A stretch of 64,000 bases of DNA from an uncultured Gemmatimonadaceae bacterium (GTDB lineage: Bacteria; Gemmatimonadota; Gemmatimonadetes; Gemmatimonadales; Gemmatimonadaceae). Position numbers and translations under genes: made by a program. Numbering within the stretch: position 1 is the first letter of the stretch; every line of letters starts with the position of its first letter. The notes beneath the pieces were generated by a model, which worked only from the letters and a program-made list of their open reading frames with translations, had not been told where the DNA came from and made no database searches. Of the stretch, positions 18,175-28,799 are shown in pieces. The stretch covers positions 672,001 to 736,000 of the forward strand of contig CAVXGK010000002.1 in the NCBI GenBank assembly GCA_963761305.1, in the 5' to 3' direction.

Positions 18175-20229
18175 ATGACCGCTCCGAACGCGCTCCCCGC
18201 CGGTGCCCGCCCAGCAGGCGGGAGCCCGCTGGCACATCGCCAGGTCCTGGTCGCGTTCAGTGGACTGGTGCTGGTGATGCTCCTCGCCGCGCTCGACTCG
18301 ACCATCGTCTCGACCGCGCTGCCGACGATCGTCGGCGACCTCGGAGGGCTCGACCACCTCGCCTGGGTCGTCACCGCCTACTTGCTGGCCCAGACGGTCG
18401 TCACGCCCGTTTACGGGAAGCTCGGCGATCTCTATGGTCGCAAGATCGTGCTCCAGTCGGCGACCGTCCTCTTTCTCGTCGGCTCGATGCTGTGCGGGCT
18501 CAGTCAGAACATGACGGAGCTCATCCTGTTCCGGGCGATTCAGGGATTGGGCGGCGGCGGTCTGACGGTCACCACGCAGGCGACGGTCGGCGACATCGTC
18601 GCCCCGATCGACCGAGGCCGATACCAGGGCATTTTCGGCGCGGTGTACGGTCTGGCGAGCATCGCCGGGCCTCTCCTCGGCGGATACTTCACGACGCACC
18701 TGACTTGGCGCTGGATCTTCTACATCAACCTGCCGTTCGGCATTCTCGCGCTCTTCGTGCTGGGCACCACGCTGCCGTCGCAGACCGAGCGTGTGTCGCA
18801 CGCGATCGACTACTGGGGTGCGCTGCTGCTCGCCGTGTTCCTCACCGCCGTCACTCTGATGTCCGACTTCGGCGGAACGACGTTTCCGTGGTCGTCGCCG
18901 AACATGATCGCGATCGTGGCTGTCGTCGCTGCATCGCTCGCCGGCTTTGTCGTCGTGGAGCGCTCGGCGGTGGAACCGGTGATCCCGCTGCGGTTGTTCG
19001 GCAACCGAACCTTCGCGCTCACGTCCGTCATCGGACTCATCGTCGGCTTCGCGCTCTTCGGGTCGGTCACGTATCTGCCGGTCTTCCTCCAGGTGGTGCG
19101 GGGCGCAACGCCCACGTCGTCCGGGTTGCAGATGCTTCCAATGATGGCCGGGATGCTCACGGCGTCGATCGCATCGGGACATCTCATCAGCCGCACCGGG
19201 CGCTACAAGATCTTTCCGGTGATCGGCACCGCCGTGGCGACGGGCGGGCTGGCGCTGCTGTCGCGCGTGTCGGTGACGACGACGACGCTGACGACCTCGA
19301 TCGCGATGCTCGTGTTGGGGCTGGGCATCGGGATGGTGATGCAAGTGCTCGTGATCGCCGTGCAGAACTCCGTCGAGTACCGTGACCTGGGCGTGGCGAC
19401 GTCGGGCGCGACACTCTTCCGCCTCGTCGGCGGGTCGCTGGGCACAGCGCTCCTGGGTGCCGTGTTCGCGGCGCGCCTGGCGTCGAACCTCGCGCAATCG
19501 GCGGCGGGGGGCGGACCCGCCGGAATCGCCCCGACGGGGAGCGGCATGAGTGTGGGCGACCTCGCTGCGCTCGCTCCCGCCGCGCGCGCGGTGTACACCC
19601 ACGCGTTCGCGGCGGCGCTCGGGACCGTTTTCTTGATCGCCGCGGCGACGGCGGCCGTCGGCTTCGTGCTGACACTCCTGCTCCCGGAGCAGCCGCTGCG
19701 TCGCACCGTCGCGGCAACGGCAGCGGAGACGGGTGAGGAAGTCGCGAGCGCGTTCGGACGTCCGGAGTCGGCGGAGTCGGAGACGGAGCTGCGCCGGTCG
19801 CTCGCCGTCTTTGCCGACCGCGACGTGCAGCGTGCGCACATAGGCCGGATCGTGGAGCGCGCGGGGCTGACGCTCAGCCCCGGCGCGGCGTGGCTGTTGG
19901 TACGACTCGAACGCGAGCCGTCGCTCGATCTGACGCAGCTCGCAAGTCGGTACCGCATTCAGTCGGACCGGCTGGTGGCGAGTGAAGTTGAATTAGAACG
20001 CTCCGATTTGATCACCGCGAGGGGCCGGGGTGCTTCCGGCCAACGGAACTTGACGGATGCCGGACGCGCCGCGCTGGCGCGGCTCATCGACGCCCGCCGC
20101 GCGCATCTCGACGATCTGCTCGCCGACTGGCCGGCCGAGCAGCGCGGGGCCGTGCTCGAGGAATTGCGACGTGTCGTCCGCGGACTCGTCCCGGACCTTC
20201 CGGATCGGGCGGTCACGGGGCCGGGATAG
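18175..20229 (+). CDS. DHA2 (EmrB/QacA) MFS transporter with C-terminal MarR-like domain
   Basis: LAALDSTIVSTALPTI, YGKLGDLYGRK, WRWIFYINLP; tail GLTLSP.AAWLL..LTDAGRAAL.RL..ARR. Confidence 0.92.
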   Translation: MTAPNALPAGARPAGGSPLAHRQVLVAFSGLVLVMLLAALDSTIVSTALPTIVGDLGGLDHLAWVVTAYLLAQTVVTPVYGKLGDLYGRKIVLQSATVLFLVGSMLCGLSQNMTELILFRAIQGLGGGGLTVTTQATVGDIVAPIDRGRYQGIFGAVYGLASIAGPLLGGYFTTHLTWRWIFYINLPFGILALFVLGTTLPSQTERVSHAIDYWGALLLAVFLTAVTLMSDFGGTTFPWSSPNMIAIVAVVAASLAGFVVVERSAVEPVIPLRLFGNRTFALTSVIGLIVGFALFGSVTYLPVFLQVVRGATPTSSGLQMLPMMAGMLTASIASGHLISRTGRYKIFPVIGTAVATGGLALLSRVSVTTTTLTTSIAMLVLGLGIGMVMQVLVIAVQNSVEYRDLGVATSGATLFRLVGGSLGTALLGAVFAARLASNLAQSAAGGGPAGIAPTGSGMSVGDLAALAPAARAVYTHAFAAALGTVFLIAAATAAVGFVLTLLLPEQPLRRTVAATAAETGEEVASAFGRPESAESETELRRSLAVFADRDVQRAHIGRIVERAGLTLSPGAAWLLVRLEREPSLDLTQLASRYRIQSDRLVASEVELERSDLITARGRGASGQRNLTDAGRAALARLIDARRAHLDDLLADWPAEQRGAVLEELRRVVRGLVPDLPDRAVTGPG

Positions 20230-20304
20230 CGAATCGCCGGGTCGCGCGACGCCCCGGCGGTGCCAATCGTTACGAGATGTTGCCTTGACGACCGCTGAGG
20301 TCGG

Positions 20305-20532
20305 ATGCCAATTGGGGGCATGCTCTCGGCCAAGGCGCTCGACGCGTTGCGATCACGGGTACGAAGACGCGCATTTGCGTCGTCCGACCAATCGCTCCAA
20401 CGCGACGTTCAATCGGCGCAGACGGCGCATGACCGCGTCAGCACGGCCGAGATGCAGGCGGCGACGCAAGTCGTGCTGGAAGCCTACCGCGGCGAAGCCG
20501 AGCGACGACGCGCCCTCAGCGCGGACGCTTAG
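20305..20532 (+). CDS. Small hypothetical protein
   Basis: 75-aa helical-looking ORF filling the intergenic gap; GAGG upstream. Confidence 0.5.
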   Translation: MPIGGMLSAKALDALRSRVRRRAFASSDQSLQRDVQSAQTAHDRVSTAEMQAATQVVLEAYRGEAERRRALSADA

Positions 20533-20626
20533 AACACAGCACCGCTCGAAGCGCTGTGCGCGTCAGGATCGGCATGAGAGATGCCGGTCAGGCGGCGCTA
20601 CTGCTGCGACCTCGAGAGCCACTCGT

Positions 20627-21979
20627 ATGGCAAACATCCCTGACCTGAATCGCCGTCGTTTCTGCACCGCCGCGGTCGCCGGCGTGGCTGCGAGTCAGGC
20701 AGGTCTCGCCGTTTTTGCCAGGAGAGTGATGGCCATGACCGACGTGATGACGGAAGTGGAGACCGCGAGCGAGGCGGGCGACATTCGTCCCTTCCACCCC
20801 AAGTTCTCCGACGCGGACCTTACCGAGCTGCGCCGACGAGTCAACGCGACGAAGTGGCCCGAGCGCGAAACCGTCCCCGACGCATCCCAAGGCGTCCAGC
20901 TCGCTACGATGCAGAAGCTCGCTCGCTATTGGGGGACCGACTACGCCTGGAGCAAGTGCCAGGCGAAGCTCGACGCCACTCCACAGTTCATCACCGCGAT
21001 CGATGGGCTCGACATTCATTTCATTCACGTGCGCTCGAAGCACGAGAACGCGATGCCGATCATCATCACGCACGGATGGCCGGGTTCGATCATCGAGCAG
21101 ATGAAGATCATCGATCCACTGACGAATCCGACGGCCCACGGCGGCACCGCAGATGACGCCTTCCACGTGGTGATTCCGTCACTCCCCGGCTACGGATTCT
21201 CGGGAAAACCGACCGCGCCCGGGTGGAATCCCGTCACCATCGCGCGGGCATGGGCGACGCTGATGAACCGCCTGGGGTACACGCAGTACGTGGCGCAGGG
21301 CGGCGATTGGGGGAACGCCATCTCGGAAACGATGGCTCTGCAGGCGCCACCGGGGCTGCTCGGTATTTCCACGAACATGCCGGCGACGGTGCCACCGGAG
21401 ATCAGCAAGGCGCTCGCGACTGGCGGGCCGGCTCCCGCCGGTCTCTCCGCCGAAGAGAAGAACGCCTGGGATCAGCTCGACTTCTTCTATAAGAAGGGGG
21501 TCGGTTACGCCAACGAGATGGGCCTCCGGCCGCAAACGCTCTACGCGCTCGTCGATTCGCCGGTGGGGCTCGCCGCCTGGATGCTCGATCACGATGCGCG
21601 AAGCTACGAGCTCATCGTGCGTGTCTTCGACGGGCAGCGTGAAGGTCTCACGCGAGACGACATCCTCGACAACATCACGCTCTATTGGCTGACCAACACA
21701 GCGATTTCGTCGGCCCGTCTTTATTGGGACGCGCGGCAACTGCCGGGCAAGGGCGGCTTCTTCGATGCGAGAGGCGTCGCGCTTCCGGTCGTCGTCACCG
21801 TTTTCCCTGACGAGATCTACGCGGCGCCGCGTAGCTGGGCCGCGCGCGCGTATTCCAAAATGATTTTCTACGTGCGGCATGACAAAGGCTGCCACTTTGC
21901 CGCCTGGGAGCAACCTCAACTCCTGACAGAAGACCTTCGAACTGGCTTCAGACCGCTGCGGCAGAAGTTGGTGCGATAA
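20627..21979 (+). CDS. Epoxide hydrolase family protein with Tat-like signal
   Basis: NRRRF; IRPF..DL..R..W; HGWPGS; QGGDWG; HFAAWEQP. Confidence 0.93.
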   Translation: MANIPDLNRRRFCTAAVAGVAASQAGLAVFARRVMAMTDVMTEVETASEAGDIRPFHPKFSDADLTELRRRVNATKWPERETVPDASQGVQLATMQKLARYWGTDYAWSKCQAKLDATPQFITAIDGLDIHFIHVRSKHENAMPIIITHGWPGSIIEQMKIIDPLTNPTAHGGTADDAFHVVIPSLPGYGFSGKPTAPGWNPVTIARAWATLMNRLGYTQYVAQGGDWGNAISETMALQAPPGLLGISTNMPATVPPEISKALATGGPAPAGLSAEEKNAWDQLDFFYKKGVGYANEMGLRPQTLYALVDSPVGLAAWMLDHDARSYELIVRVFDGQREGLTRDDILDNITLYWLTNTAISSARLYWDARQLPGKGGFFDARGVALPVVVTVFPDEIYAAPRSWAARAYSKMIFYVRHDKGCHFAAWEQPQLLTEDLRTGFRPLRQKLVR

Positions 21980-21985
21980 GCAATC

Positions 21986-22807
21986 ATGGCGTTCGAGACG
22001 ATCAGAGTGCACCGGGACGGGGGGGTTCTGTCCGCGGAAATCCTCGCTCCGCCGATGAACCTCCTCGGACCGGAGTTGGTGCGCGATCTGGTCGCCCTCA
22101 TCCAGCAGACCGAAGCCGACGACGCCCTTCGAGTAGTCGTGTTCAAGAGCGCGGATCCCGACTATTTCATTTCCCACGCCGACGTGAACCGCATCAAGGA
22201 ATACCGTGCGGAGGCCGCGAAACTGACTGGCGAGGCCTCGATCGGCCTGCTGTTTCGTCATTTGAGCGCAAGTCGCGTCGTGACCATCGCGCAGATTGCT
22301 GGGCGCGCACGCGGAGCCGGCAGCGAGTTCATACTCGCGTGCGACATGGCGTTCGCTTCGCGAGAGTCGGCGATCTTCAGCCAGCCTGAGGCGGCGTTCG
22401 GGCTGAGCCCCGGCGCGGGCGGCATTCAGCACCTCGCGCGACTGATGGGGCGCGCGCGAGCGCTGGAGGTCATTCTGAGCGCGCAGGATTACGACGCCGA
22501 GTTGGCTGAGCGGTACGGATGGATCAATCGATCGATGCCCGCCGACGTACTCGATGACTTCGTCATGTCGCTCGCGCATCGGATCGCCGAGTTTCCGGCT
22601 ACCGGCGCGCGCGTAGTCAAGGATCGAATCAACGCGATCGCGCTCGCGGCGGCCGACGACTACCGTCGTGATTCCGATTTGTTCGGCGAAGCCGCGCTCA
22701 AACCCGAGGCTCAAGGCCGGACGCAAGCCGGGATGAATTGTGGTTTCCAGACGCGCGATGCGGAAATGGACCTCGGCAAGATGCTGGGCGACTTGAGGGG
22801 GAGTTAG
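21986..22807 (+). CDS. Enoyl-CoA hydratase/isomerase family protein
   Basis: FISHAD, IAGRARGAGSEFILACD, QPEAAFGLSPGAGG. Confidence 0.93.
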   Translation: MAFETIRVHRDGGVLSAEILAPPMNLLGPELVRDLVALIQQTEADDALRVVVFKSADPDYFISHADVNRIKEYRAEAAKLTGEASIGLLFRHLSASRVVTIAQIAGRARGAGSEFILACDMAFASRESAIFSQPEAAFGLSPGAGGIQHLARLMGRARALEVILSAQDYDAELAERYGWINRSMPADVLDDFVMSLAHRIAEFPATGARVVKDRINAIALAAADDYRRDSDLFGEAALKPEAQGRTQAGMNCGFQTRDAEMDLGKMLGDLRGS

Positions 22808-22815
22808 GAGCATAA

Positions 22816-23229
22816 ATGCAAGTCAGTTGGCGACGCTCGTGGATGTTGACGACGCTCTTCCTCGCGCTGCCGGCATGCTGCCAGGACTCGGACACCTCCA
22901 GCCGGATTTCGAAGACCCAACCCGGCTGGACGGCGTTGACCGAGGCCACGGGTTCCATGCACGCCGCCGTGGCGCCGGTCCGCCCTTCGGGCGACAACGA
23001 CGTCGATTTTACGACGCTGATGCTGCCGCACCATCAGGCGGCCATCGACATGGCCAAAGCGGAACTGCTCTACGGCGCCGATCCACAGATGCGCCGACTG
23101 GCTCAAGAAGTCATCACGGATCAACAATCCGAGATGGACTTAATGCGACTCTGGTTGGAGCGGCGGGGCAGTGCGGCGGAAACCTCGCACACAGTGTCCG
23201 GACACGCTTCCACGAGAGTTCTCCGATGA
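22816..23229 (+). CDS. DUF305 (ferritin-like, CopM-like) protein
   Basis: AGGAG RBS; DVDF..LMLPHHQAAIDMA, LAQEVITDQQSE. Confidence 0.9.
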   Translation: MQVSWRRSWMLTTLFLALPACCQDSDTSSRISKTQPGWTALTEATGSMHAAVAPVRPSGDNDVDFTTLMLPHHQAAIDMAKAELLYGADPQMRRLAQEVITDQQSEMDLMRLWLERRGSAAETSHTVSGHASTRVLR

Positions 23230-24689
23230 CGCGCGCGTTATCGCTGGCGCTCGCTCTCGTGCCCGTCTATGTCTGCGCCCAACAAGCCCCATGGGGCCGC
23301 CGAGACATTCCGATAACGAGCCACGATCGCGTGTACGCGGCGGATCAGACGTCGAACACGGTTTCAGTCATCGACCCGTCCAGCAACACACTGCTTGGGG
23401 TGATCCGACTTGGCGTTCCAGTGCCGGCGTCGATCGCTCCGCTCTACACCGGCCAGCTGCTCGTTCACGGACTCGGCTACTCTCCCGACTCGAGGACGCT
23501 CGCCGTCGTGTCGATCGCTTCCAATTCCGTGACATTGATCGCAACGGCCACCAACACGGTGCGAGGAACCATCTATGTTGGTCGGTCGCCGCACGAGGCC
23601 TTCTTCACACCCGACGGCCGGGAGTTGTGGGTGACGGTGCGCGGGGAGGATTACGTGTCTGTCATCGACCCCGCGCGAATGGTGGAAACGCGACGCATCA
23701 AGATGGCCAACGGGCCGGGTATGGCAATGTTCAGCCCGGACGGCCGTTTCGCGTTCGTCTGCTCCAGCTTCACGCCGGAGCTGGCGATTGTCGATCTTGG
23801 AACGCATCAGGTGGTGAAGCGGGTGCCGCAGGCGAGCCCGTTTTGCCCGAACATCGCGGTGACGCCGGAAAACGACGAAGTCTGGGTCACGTTGAAAGAC
23901 GTCGGCAGAGTCCAGGTGTTCAATGCCAAGCCGCCGTTCGAACAGAAGGCCCTGCTCGAGACGGGGCCGATCACGAACCACGTGAATTTCGCCAACAACC
24001 ACAACGGCAGGTTCGCGTACGTGACGATCGGCGGACTGAACGAAGTGAAGGTCTTCCGACGCGGCGCGAAGCCGGAGCTGGTCGCGACGATAACCGTCGG
24101 CGACCTCCCGCACGGCCTCTGGCCGTCGGGAGATGGCTCGCGCATGTACGTCGCGCTCGAGAACGGCGAGGCGGCCGTGGCGATCAACACGCTCACCAAC
24201 TCCGTCGTCGCCAGCATTCCGATCGGCCAGACGACGCAAGCGCTCGTGTATGTGCCGAGCGCGGTTCCGAGCGGCGACGGCGCGGCCAACCTGGTGCCGC
24301 TCGGTGAGGCCGGGAACACCGCCCACCTCCATCTACAAATGGGCGCACCCGAGTTGCCCAACGCGCAGGCGACGGTCGCCGTCAACTCGCTGGGCCTGCT
24401 GGATCTCCTTCAGATTGCCGCTCGCGGCCTCACTCCAAAGACGCGATATCAGGTGTACCTCACGACCTCGGACCGCGCTCCATTCGAAAACCTCGAACCG
24501 CTGGCGGTCCTCGCGACGAATGCCGACGGCGCCGGGATCGTTCAGGCGATCGGTCCGCTGAAGACCTTGGCACCCGCAACGCAGGGCGCAACCAGCGCGT
24601 TGGCGCGCCGGTTCGTCGTTGTGACGGAGCTGGAGAACCGTTCAGTGGTCGTGCTGCGTCCGGGCGCCGGCTCCTCCGCCCGCCCGTAG
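23226..24689 (+). CDS. YncE/YVTN beta-propeller secreted protein
   Basis: ATGA overlap with DUF305; SNTVSVID, VGRSPHE..FTPDG, VGDLPHG repeats. Confidence 0.9.
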   Translation: MTRALSLALALVPVYVCAQQAPWGRRDIPITSHDRVYAADQTSNTVSVIDPSSNTLLGVIRLGVPVPASIAPLYTGQLLVHGLGYSPDSRTLAVVSIASNSVTLIATATNTVRGTIYVGRSPHEAFFTPDGRELWVTVRGEDYVSVIDPARMVETRRIKMANGPGMAMFSPDGRFAFVCSSFTPELAIVDLGTHQVVKRVPQASPFCPNIAVTPENDEVWVTLKDVGRVQVFNAKPPFEQKALLETGPITNHVNFANNHNGRFAYVTIGGLNEVKVFRRGAKPELVATITVGDLPHGLWPSGDGSRMYVALENGEAAVAINTLTNSVVASIPIGQTTQALVYVPSAVPSGDGAANLVPLGEAGNTAHLHLQMGAPELPNAQATVAVNSLGLLDLLQIAARGLTPKTRYQVYLTTSDRAPFENLEPLAVLATNADGAGIVQAIGPLKTLAPATQGATSALARRFVVVTELENRSVVVLRPGAGSSARP

Positions 24690-24739
24690 CCCGATCGCAA
24701 TCAAGCCAAGCGATCGAAAAAGGCGGCGGAGTAGTCGGA

Positions 24740-25597
24740 TCAGGCGGTGACGTCGGCGACGAATCGGGCGACGTCTTGCGTGAAGCGTTCCGGAAATTGA
24801 AATAGCGAGCCGTGCCCCGAGTCGGGATACACGAGCAGCTCGCCGTTCACGAGCTGTTGCGACAGGTTGTAGGAATTGATTGTCGGAACCATCACGTCGT
24901 GGCTGCCGCTCACCACGAGGACGGGCTGACGTACCTTCGCCAACCCGTCGGGCGAAGCGGGCTTTTGCGACCATGCGTGAAGCGCGGCGACGTGCGCGTT
25001 CACCGCCGCCTCACTCGCCGGTGGCTCGCGGTCTCTGCGCAGCATGACGCGCTCGACGTGCCGACGCCCGGCGCTTTGACTCGACTCGGACGGTTCGAAG
25101 AACAGGGAGAGGAGCGACTGCGCATCGGCCGGCATTTTCGACGCCGCCTTCTCCACCTCGGGAGAGAACACACCGACCGAGCCGCGCGGTCCTGTGCCGA
25201 CGAGAATCGCGGCGCGCACGAGCTCGGGGCGGTCTACCAGAATCTGCTGGGCGATCATCCCGCCAAGCGAGAAGCCGAGCAGGTCGACGTGCTCCTCGCC
25301 GAGCGAGTCGATGAACGCGGTTGCGTCCTTGGCCATCGCGTCGACGTCGCTCGGGGTCGTGCCACCGCTGCGCCCGATGCCGCGGCCGTCGACCAGCACG
25401 ACGGGCCGTTCGTAGGCGAGTCCGTCAACGACGAGCGGATCCCAATCGTCCATGTTGCCGCGGAAGCGCTGAAACATGACGAGTGGAATGCCAAGTGACG
25501 GCCCGATCCGGCGAGAGGCGAACGCGACACCGTTGGCGTCGACGAACTGCGTCGTCGCCGTCTGATGAGAATCCGTTACCGCGGCTGCGCCTCGCAT
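24740..25597 (-). CDS. Alpha/beta hydrolase
   Basis: RFRGNMDDWD, GFSLGG nucleophile elbow, YPDSGHG. Confidence 0.92.
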   Translation of the reverse strand: MRGAAAVTDSHQTATTQFVDANGVAFASRRIGPSLGIPLVMFQRFRGNMDDWDPLVVDGLAYERPVVLVDGRGIGRSGGTTPSDVDAMAKDATAFIDSLGEEHVDLLGFSLGGMIAQQILVDRPELVRAAILVGTGPRGSVGVFSPEVEKAASKMPADAQSLLSLFFEPSESSQSAGRRHVERVMLRRDREPPASEAAVNAHVAALHAWSQKPASPDGLAKVRQPVLVVSGSHDVMVPTINSYNLSQQLVNGELLVYPDSGHGSLFQFPERFTQDVARFVADVTA

Positions 25598-25739
25598 TCA
25601 TTCTCCGGTAATGCGGGCCAGCGTGGTGCCGGCCCGTGCGGGAAATGTCGACCACACGAATCGTGCCTCGCTTTTCGAGCGCCCTTCGGCTCGCCGTCGA
25701 TTGCGAACACGGCACCTTCACGAACCGGCTGCTTTCCGT

Positions 25740-26762
25740 TCACCGACTCGTTTTCACCGGCGCGACCGCGAGGGCGTCGACGTCCCAGCCGCCGAGCGTG
25801 GCCGCGACCTCGTAGGTGCTCTCGAGAAACGCCGTGATCGCCGCCGAGGGATCGGGCGCGGTGCGAACTGCATCGTACGGAAGGATCCACTCGCGCAACT
25901 CGGGATGATAAAAGGCGGCGGCCGGCCGGATGCGTGCCGACGCGCAACCGACGGGCTCCGGATACGCGTACGCGTAGAACGCCGCCTCAGCGACCGGTGA
26001 TCCCGGCGTACCGGGCCACCAGCCAGCACTGATGCACTCGTGCGAGTAGGCTTCGCGCATCACGTACGTGGGGCAATTCGGGATTCCACCAGCATGCGGC
26101 GGCGCGCGGCGCCCGGAGAAGCGAGTGCACGCGAGGTCGAACCCACCCCACCAGAAATGCACCGGGCTCGACTTGCCCACGAACCGGCCGCGGAATTCCT
26201 TCAGCACGTGATCGACGCTCGAGAGGGCCCTGAACCACCGGCCCACGGCGTCGGCGTCGTAGCTGGCGTGTTCCCGATCGGCCGCGAAAGGCGTGGCGTC
26301 GGCGATTTCATTCGGTCTCGGCCAAATCCGGACGTCAACGTCCAGCCCGCGCAGCAGCTCGAACCACTCTCCGTAGAAATCGGCCACCGATTTCTTCTCG
26401 AGCTCGATGGTCCGGGTCTCGCCGCCGCTGTGGCGCACGGTGAGCTCATGGTTCACGAAATCGAACTCCGCGTCGATGGCGCGACCGTTAGTAGGCATCG
26501 ACGAGGTCGTGAGGCCCCACGGCGTGACGTAGAGCGCGCTGTGCCACCAATGGTTCATGAAAGGCGCGAGCGCGAGACGCGTCTTGCCAACGATCTGCAC
26601 CCACCGGTGCAGCGTTTCATACGTCGGGCGCCACTCGGCCAGCGGGAGCCGCGGCCACTCTCCAGCCGTCGGCGGCGTGGCAGCGACTGGCGTTTTCGGC
26701 GCTGCCACCCGCGACTGAATCCGTCTCGGGCTACGCCGACCGTGCGAGCGGCTGCTTGGCAT
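25740..26762 (-). CDS. DUF5996 family protein (alternative GTG start 26708)
   Basis: [54 protein letters not shown]. Confidence 0.88.
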   Translation of the reverse strand: MPSSRSHGRRSPRRIQSRVAAPKTPVAATPPTAGEWPRLPLAEWRPTYETLHRWVQIVGKTRLALAPFMNHWWHSALYVTPWGLTTSSMPTNGRAIDAEFDFVNHELTVRHSGGETRTIELEKKSVADFYGEWFELLRGLDVDVRIWPRPNEIADATPFAADREHASYDADAVGRWFRALSSVDHVLKEFRGRFVGKSSPVHFWWGGFDLACTRFSGRRAPPHAGGIPNCPTYVMREAYSHECISAGWWPGTPGSPVAEAAFYAYAYPEPVGCASARIRPAAAFYHPELREWILPYDAVRTAPDPSAAITAFLESTYEVAATLGGWDVDALAVAPVKTSR

Positions 26763-27588
26763 TCTTTGCCGACGTGACGAACGCGAGCAGCTCTTCGTTC
26801 ACGCGATCCTTGAGCGTCGTGCACATGCCATGCGGAGCGCCCTTGTACACCTCGAGCCGCGCCCCTTTGACCATTTTGACCGCGCGCTGCGCCGCCGCCG
26901 CGATCGGCACGATCTGATCGTCGTCGCCGTGAATGAACAACGTCGGCACGTCGAAGCGAGCGAGATCGGCCGTTTGATCGGTCTCTGAAAAGGCCTTGAT
27001 GCAGTCGTACGAGTTCTTGAGCCCCGCCATCATCGCTTGCAAACTGAACTGGTCGCGAACGCCCTGGCTCACTTTGGCGCCCGGCCGGTTGTAGCCGTAG
27101 AACGGCATGCTCAGATCCATGAAGAACTGTGACCGGTCCGCCGCCACGCCGGCGCGAAGCTGATCGAATACTTCTATCGGAGTGCCGTTCGGATTTGCCG
27201 GCGTCTTGAGCATGAGCGGCGGAATGGCACCGATGAGAACGGCCGCGGCAACGCGCTCGGTGCCGTGGCGCCCGATGTAGCGCGCCACCTCGCCGCCGCC
27301 GGTCGAGTGCCCGACGTGGACGGCATCTCGAAGGTCGAGCGCGCGCACCAACTCGGCGAGATCGTCGGCATATGTGTCGAGGTCGTTGCCATTCCAGGGT
27401 TGGTCCGAGCGGCCGTTACCGCGCCGGTCATGACCGACGCAACGATAGCCGTGCGAGGCGAGAAACATCATCTGATCCTCGAACGCGTCGGCTGACAGCG
27501 GCCACCCGTGGCTGAACACGACTGGTTGGCCGGTGCCCCAATCCTTGTAGTACAGCTGAGTATCGTCTTTTGTCTTGAACGTGGGCAT
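26731..27588 (-). CDS. cpo: Non-heme chloroperoxidase-type alpha/beta hydrolase
   Basis: [52 protein letters not shown]. Confidence 0.9.
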   Translation of the reverse strand: MPTFKTKDDTQLYYKDWGTGQPVVFSHGWPLSADAFEDQMMFLASHGYRCVGHDRRGNGRSDQPWNGNDLDTYADDLAELVRALDLRDAVHVGHSTGGGEVARYIGRHGTERVAAAVLIGAIPPLMLKTPANPNGTPIEVFDQLRAGVAADRSQFFMDLSMPFYGYNRPGAKVSQGVRDQFSLQAMMAGLKNSYDCIKAFSETDQTADLARFDVPTLFIHGDDDQIVPIAAAAQRAVKMVKGARLEVYKGAPHGMCTTLKDRVNEELLAFVTSAKNAKQPLARSA

Positions 27589-27752
27589 GAGCACTGATCC
27601 CCATGAGGATTTTCTAGGCGGCACCAAACGCGAAACGCGGGCCGGGCCGGGAGGGAACGCCCATTAGGAAGAGGGTGTGCCAGATCGCGCTGGGCCAATT
27701 ACGATGGTGTAGGGATGTAGGCGGATCTACACTCTTGCTCGCCGAGGCCGAC

Positions 27753-28799
27753 ATGGCAAACGATCAGAAGGCGAGCTCGAGTCGCGCTGCGCTTTTACTC
27801 GTTGCCGCCGCGATCACGGTGACCTTGATCGGCGCCTTGCCCCTCGCGGCCGGCCTCGTCGCCGCGCCGGCGTTGGCCGTCATCTGCCGGCCGGTCTACG
27901 AGCGACTCGCGAAGCGCCTGCACCGGAGCGGCGCGGCTCTTGTCGTGGTCGTCCTCGTCTGGCTCTTCCTCGCTGCGCCGGGAGCATTCCTCGCGACGCT
28001 GGTGGTTCGACAAGCGCCGGCGGCCATAGCCGAGGTGCAGCACGCCGTCGACCGCTTACGGGTTTCGCCGCCGTCGCTGCTTGGCGCAAATCCCGACACG
28101 CTGGTCGCCCATCTCGGTGCCTCCTCGATGGGCTGGCTTTCAGCGGCGGTCGGCCCGGCGCTCGGCGGCGTCGGTCACGCGATCATCGATCTGTCGATCG
28201 CTCTACTCGGGCTGTACTTCCTCCTCGTCGCGGGCGACGACGCCTGGCATGCGGTGCGAAGACACCTGCCGTTCTCGGCAAACGGCAGCGACGGTCTACG
28301 ACGCACCTTCGTCGAGGTGACGCGCGCGACGCTGCTCGGCACTCTCTTGTCGGCGGGGCTTCAGGGGCTGTCCATTGGGATCGGGCTCCGGATCATCGGT
28401 AACAGCGCGCCGGCGTTTTGGGGAATGATCGCCGGATTCACGACACTAGTGCCAGTCGTCGGCAACGCGCTGGTGTGGATTCCAGCCGTCATCGCGCCGC
28501 TCATGCAACAACGCGTCGGCGCCGCGTTGGTGATGGTCCTGTTGGGCAAGATCGTTCCGTCGCTGATCGATCGCGTCGTTCGCACGGTCGTTTCTCGCCG
28601 TGTCGGCAACACACACCCAATGATCACGCTCGTGGGCGCGATGGTTGGCTTGCGCCTCCTCGGACCGGTCGGCGTGCTCATCGGGCCGACCATCGTTCAA
28701 TGCACGTTGGCGCTCATTCAACTCTACGAACGCGAGTACGCCCCGACGTGGGTGAGCGCCAAAGCCGGAGTGACGCACATTGACCTCGTCGCAGCCTGA
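27753..28799 (+). CDS. AI-2E family transporter
   Basis: Multi-TM; LVPVVGNALVWIP, HPMITLVGAMVG..LGPVGVLIGP. Confidence 0.88.
   Translation: MANDQKASSSRAALLLVAAAITVTLIGALPLAAGLVAAPALAVICRPVYERLAKRLHRSGAALVVVVLVWLFLAAPGAFLATLVVRQAPAAIAEVQHAVDRLRVSPPSLLGANPDTLVAHLGASSMGWLSAAVGPALGGVGHAIIDLSIALLGLYFLLVAGDDAWHAVRRHLPFSANGSDGLRRTFVEVTRATLLGTLLSAGLQGLSIGIGLRIIGNSAPAFWGMIAGFTTLVPVVGNALVWIPAVIAPLMQQRVGAALVMVLLGKIVPSLIDRVVRTVVSRRVGNTHPMITLVGAMVGLRLLGPVGVLIGPTIVQCTLALIQLYEREYAPTWVSAKAGVTHIDLVAA

Noticed and set aside
27629..27644. Sigma54 promoter upstream of cpo
   Set aside because: GG-N10-GC spacing is present but the -12 is TCGC; likely chance in GC-rich DNA
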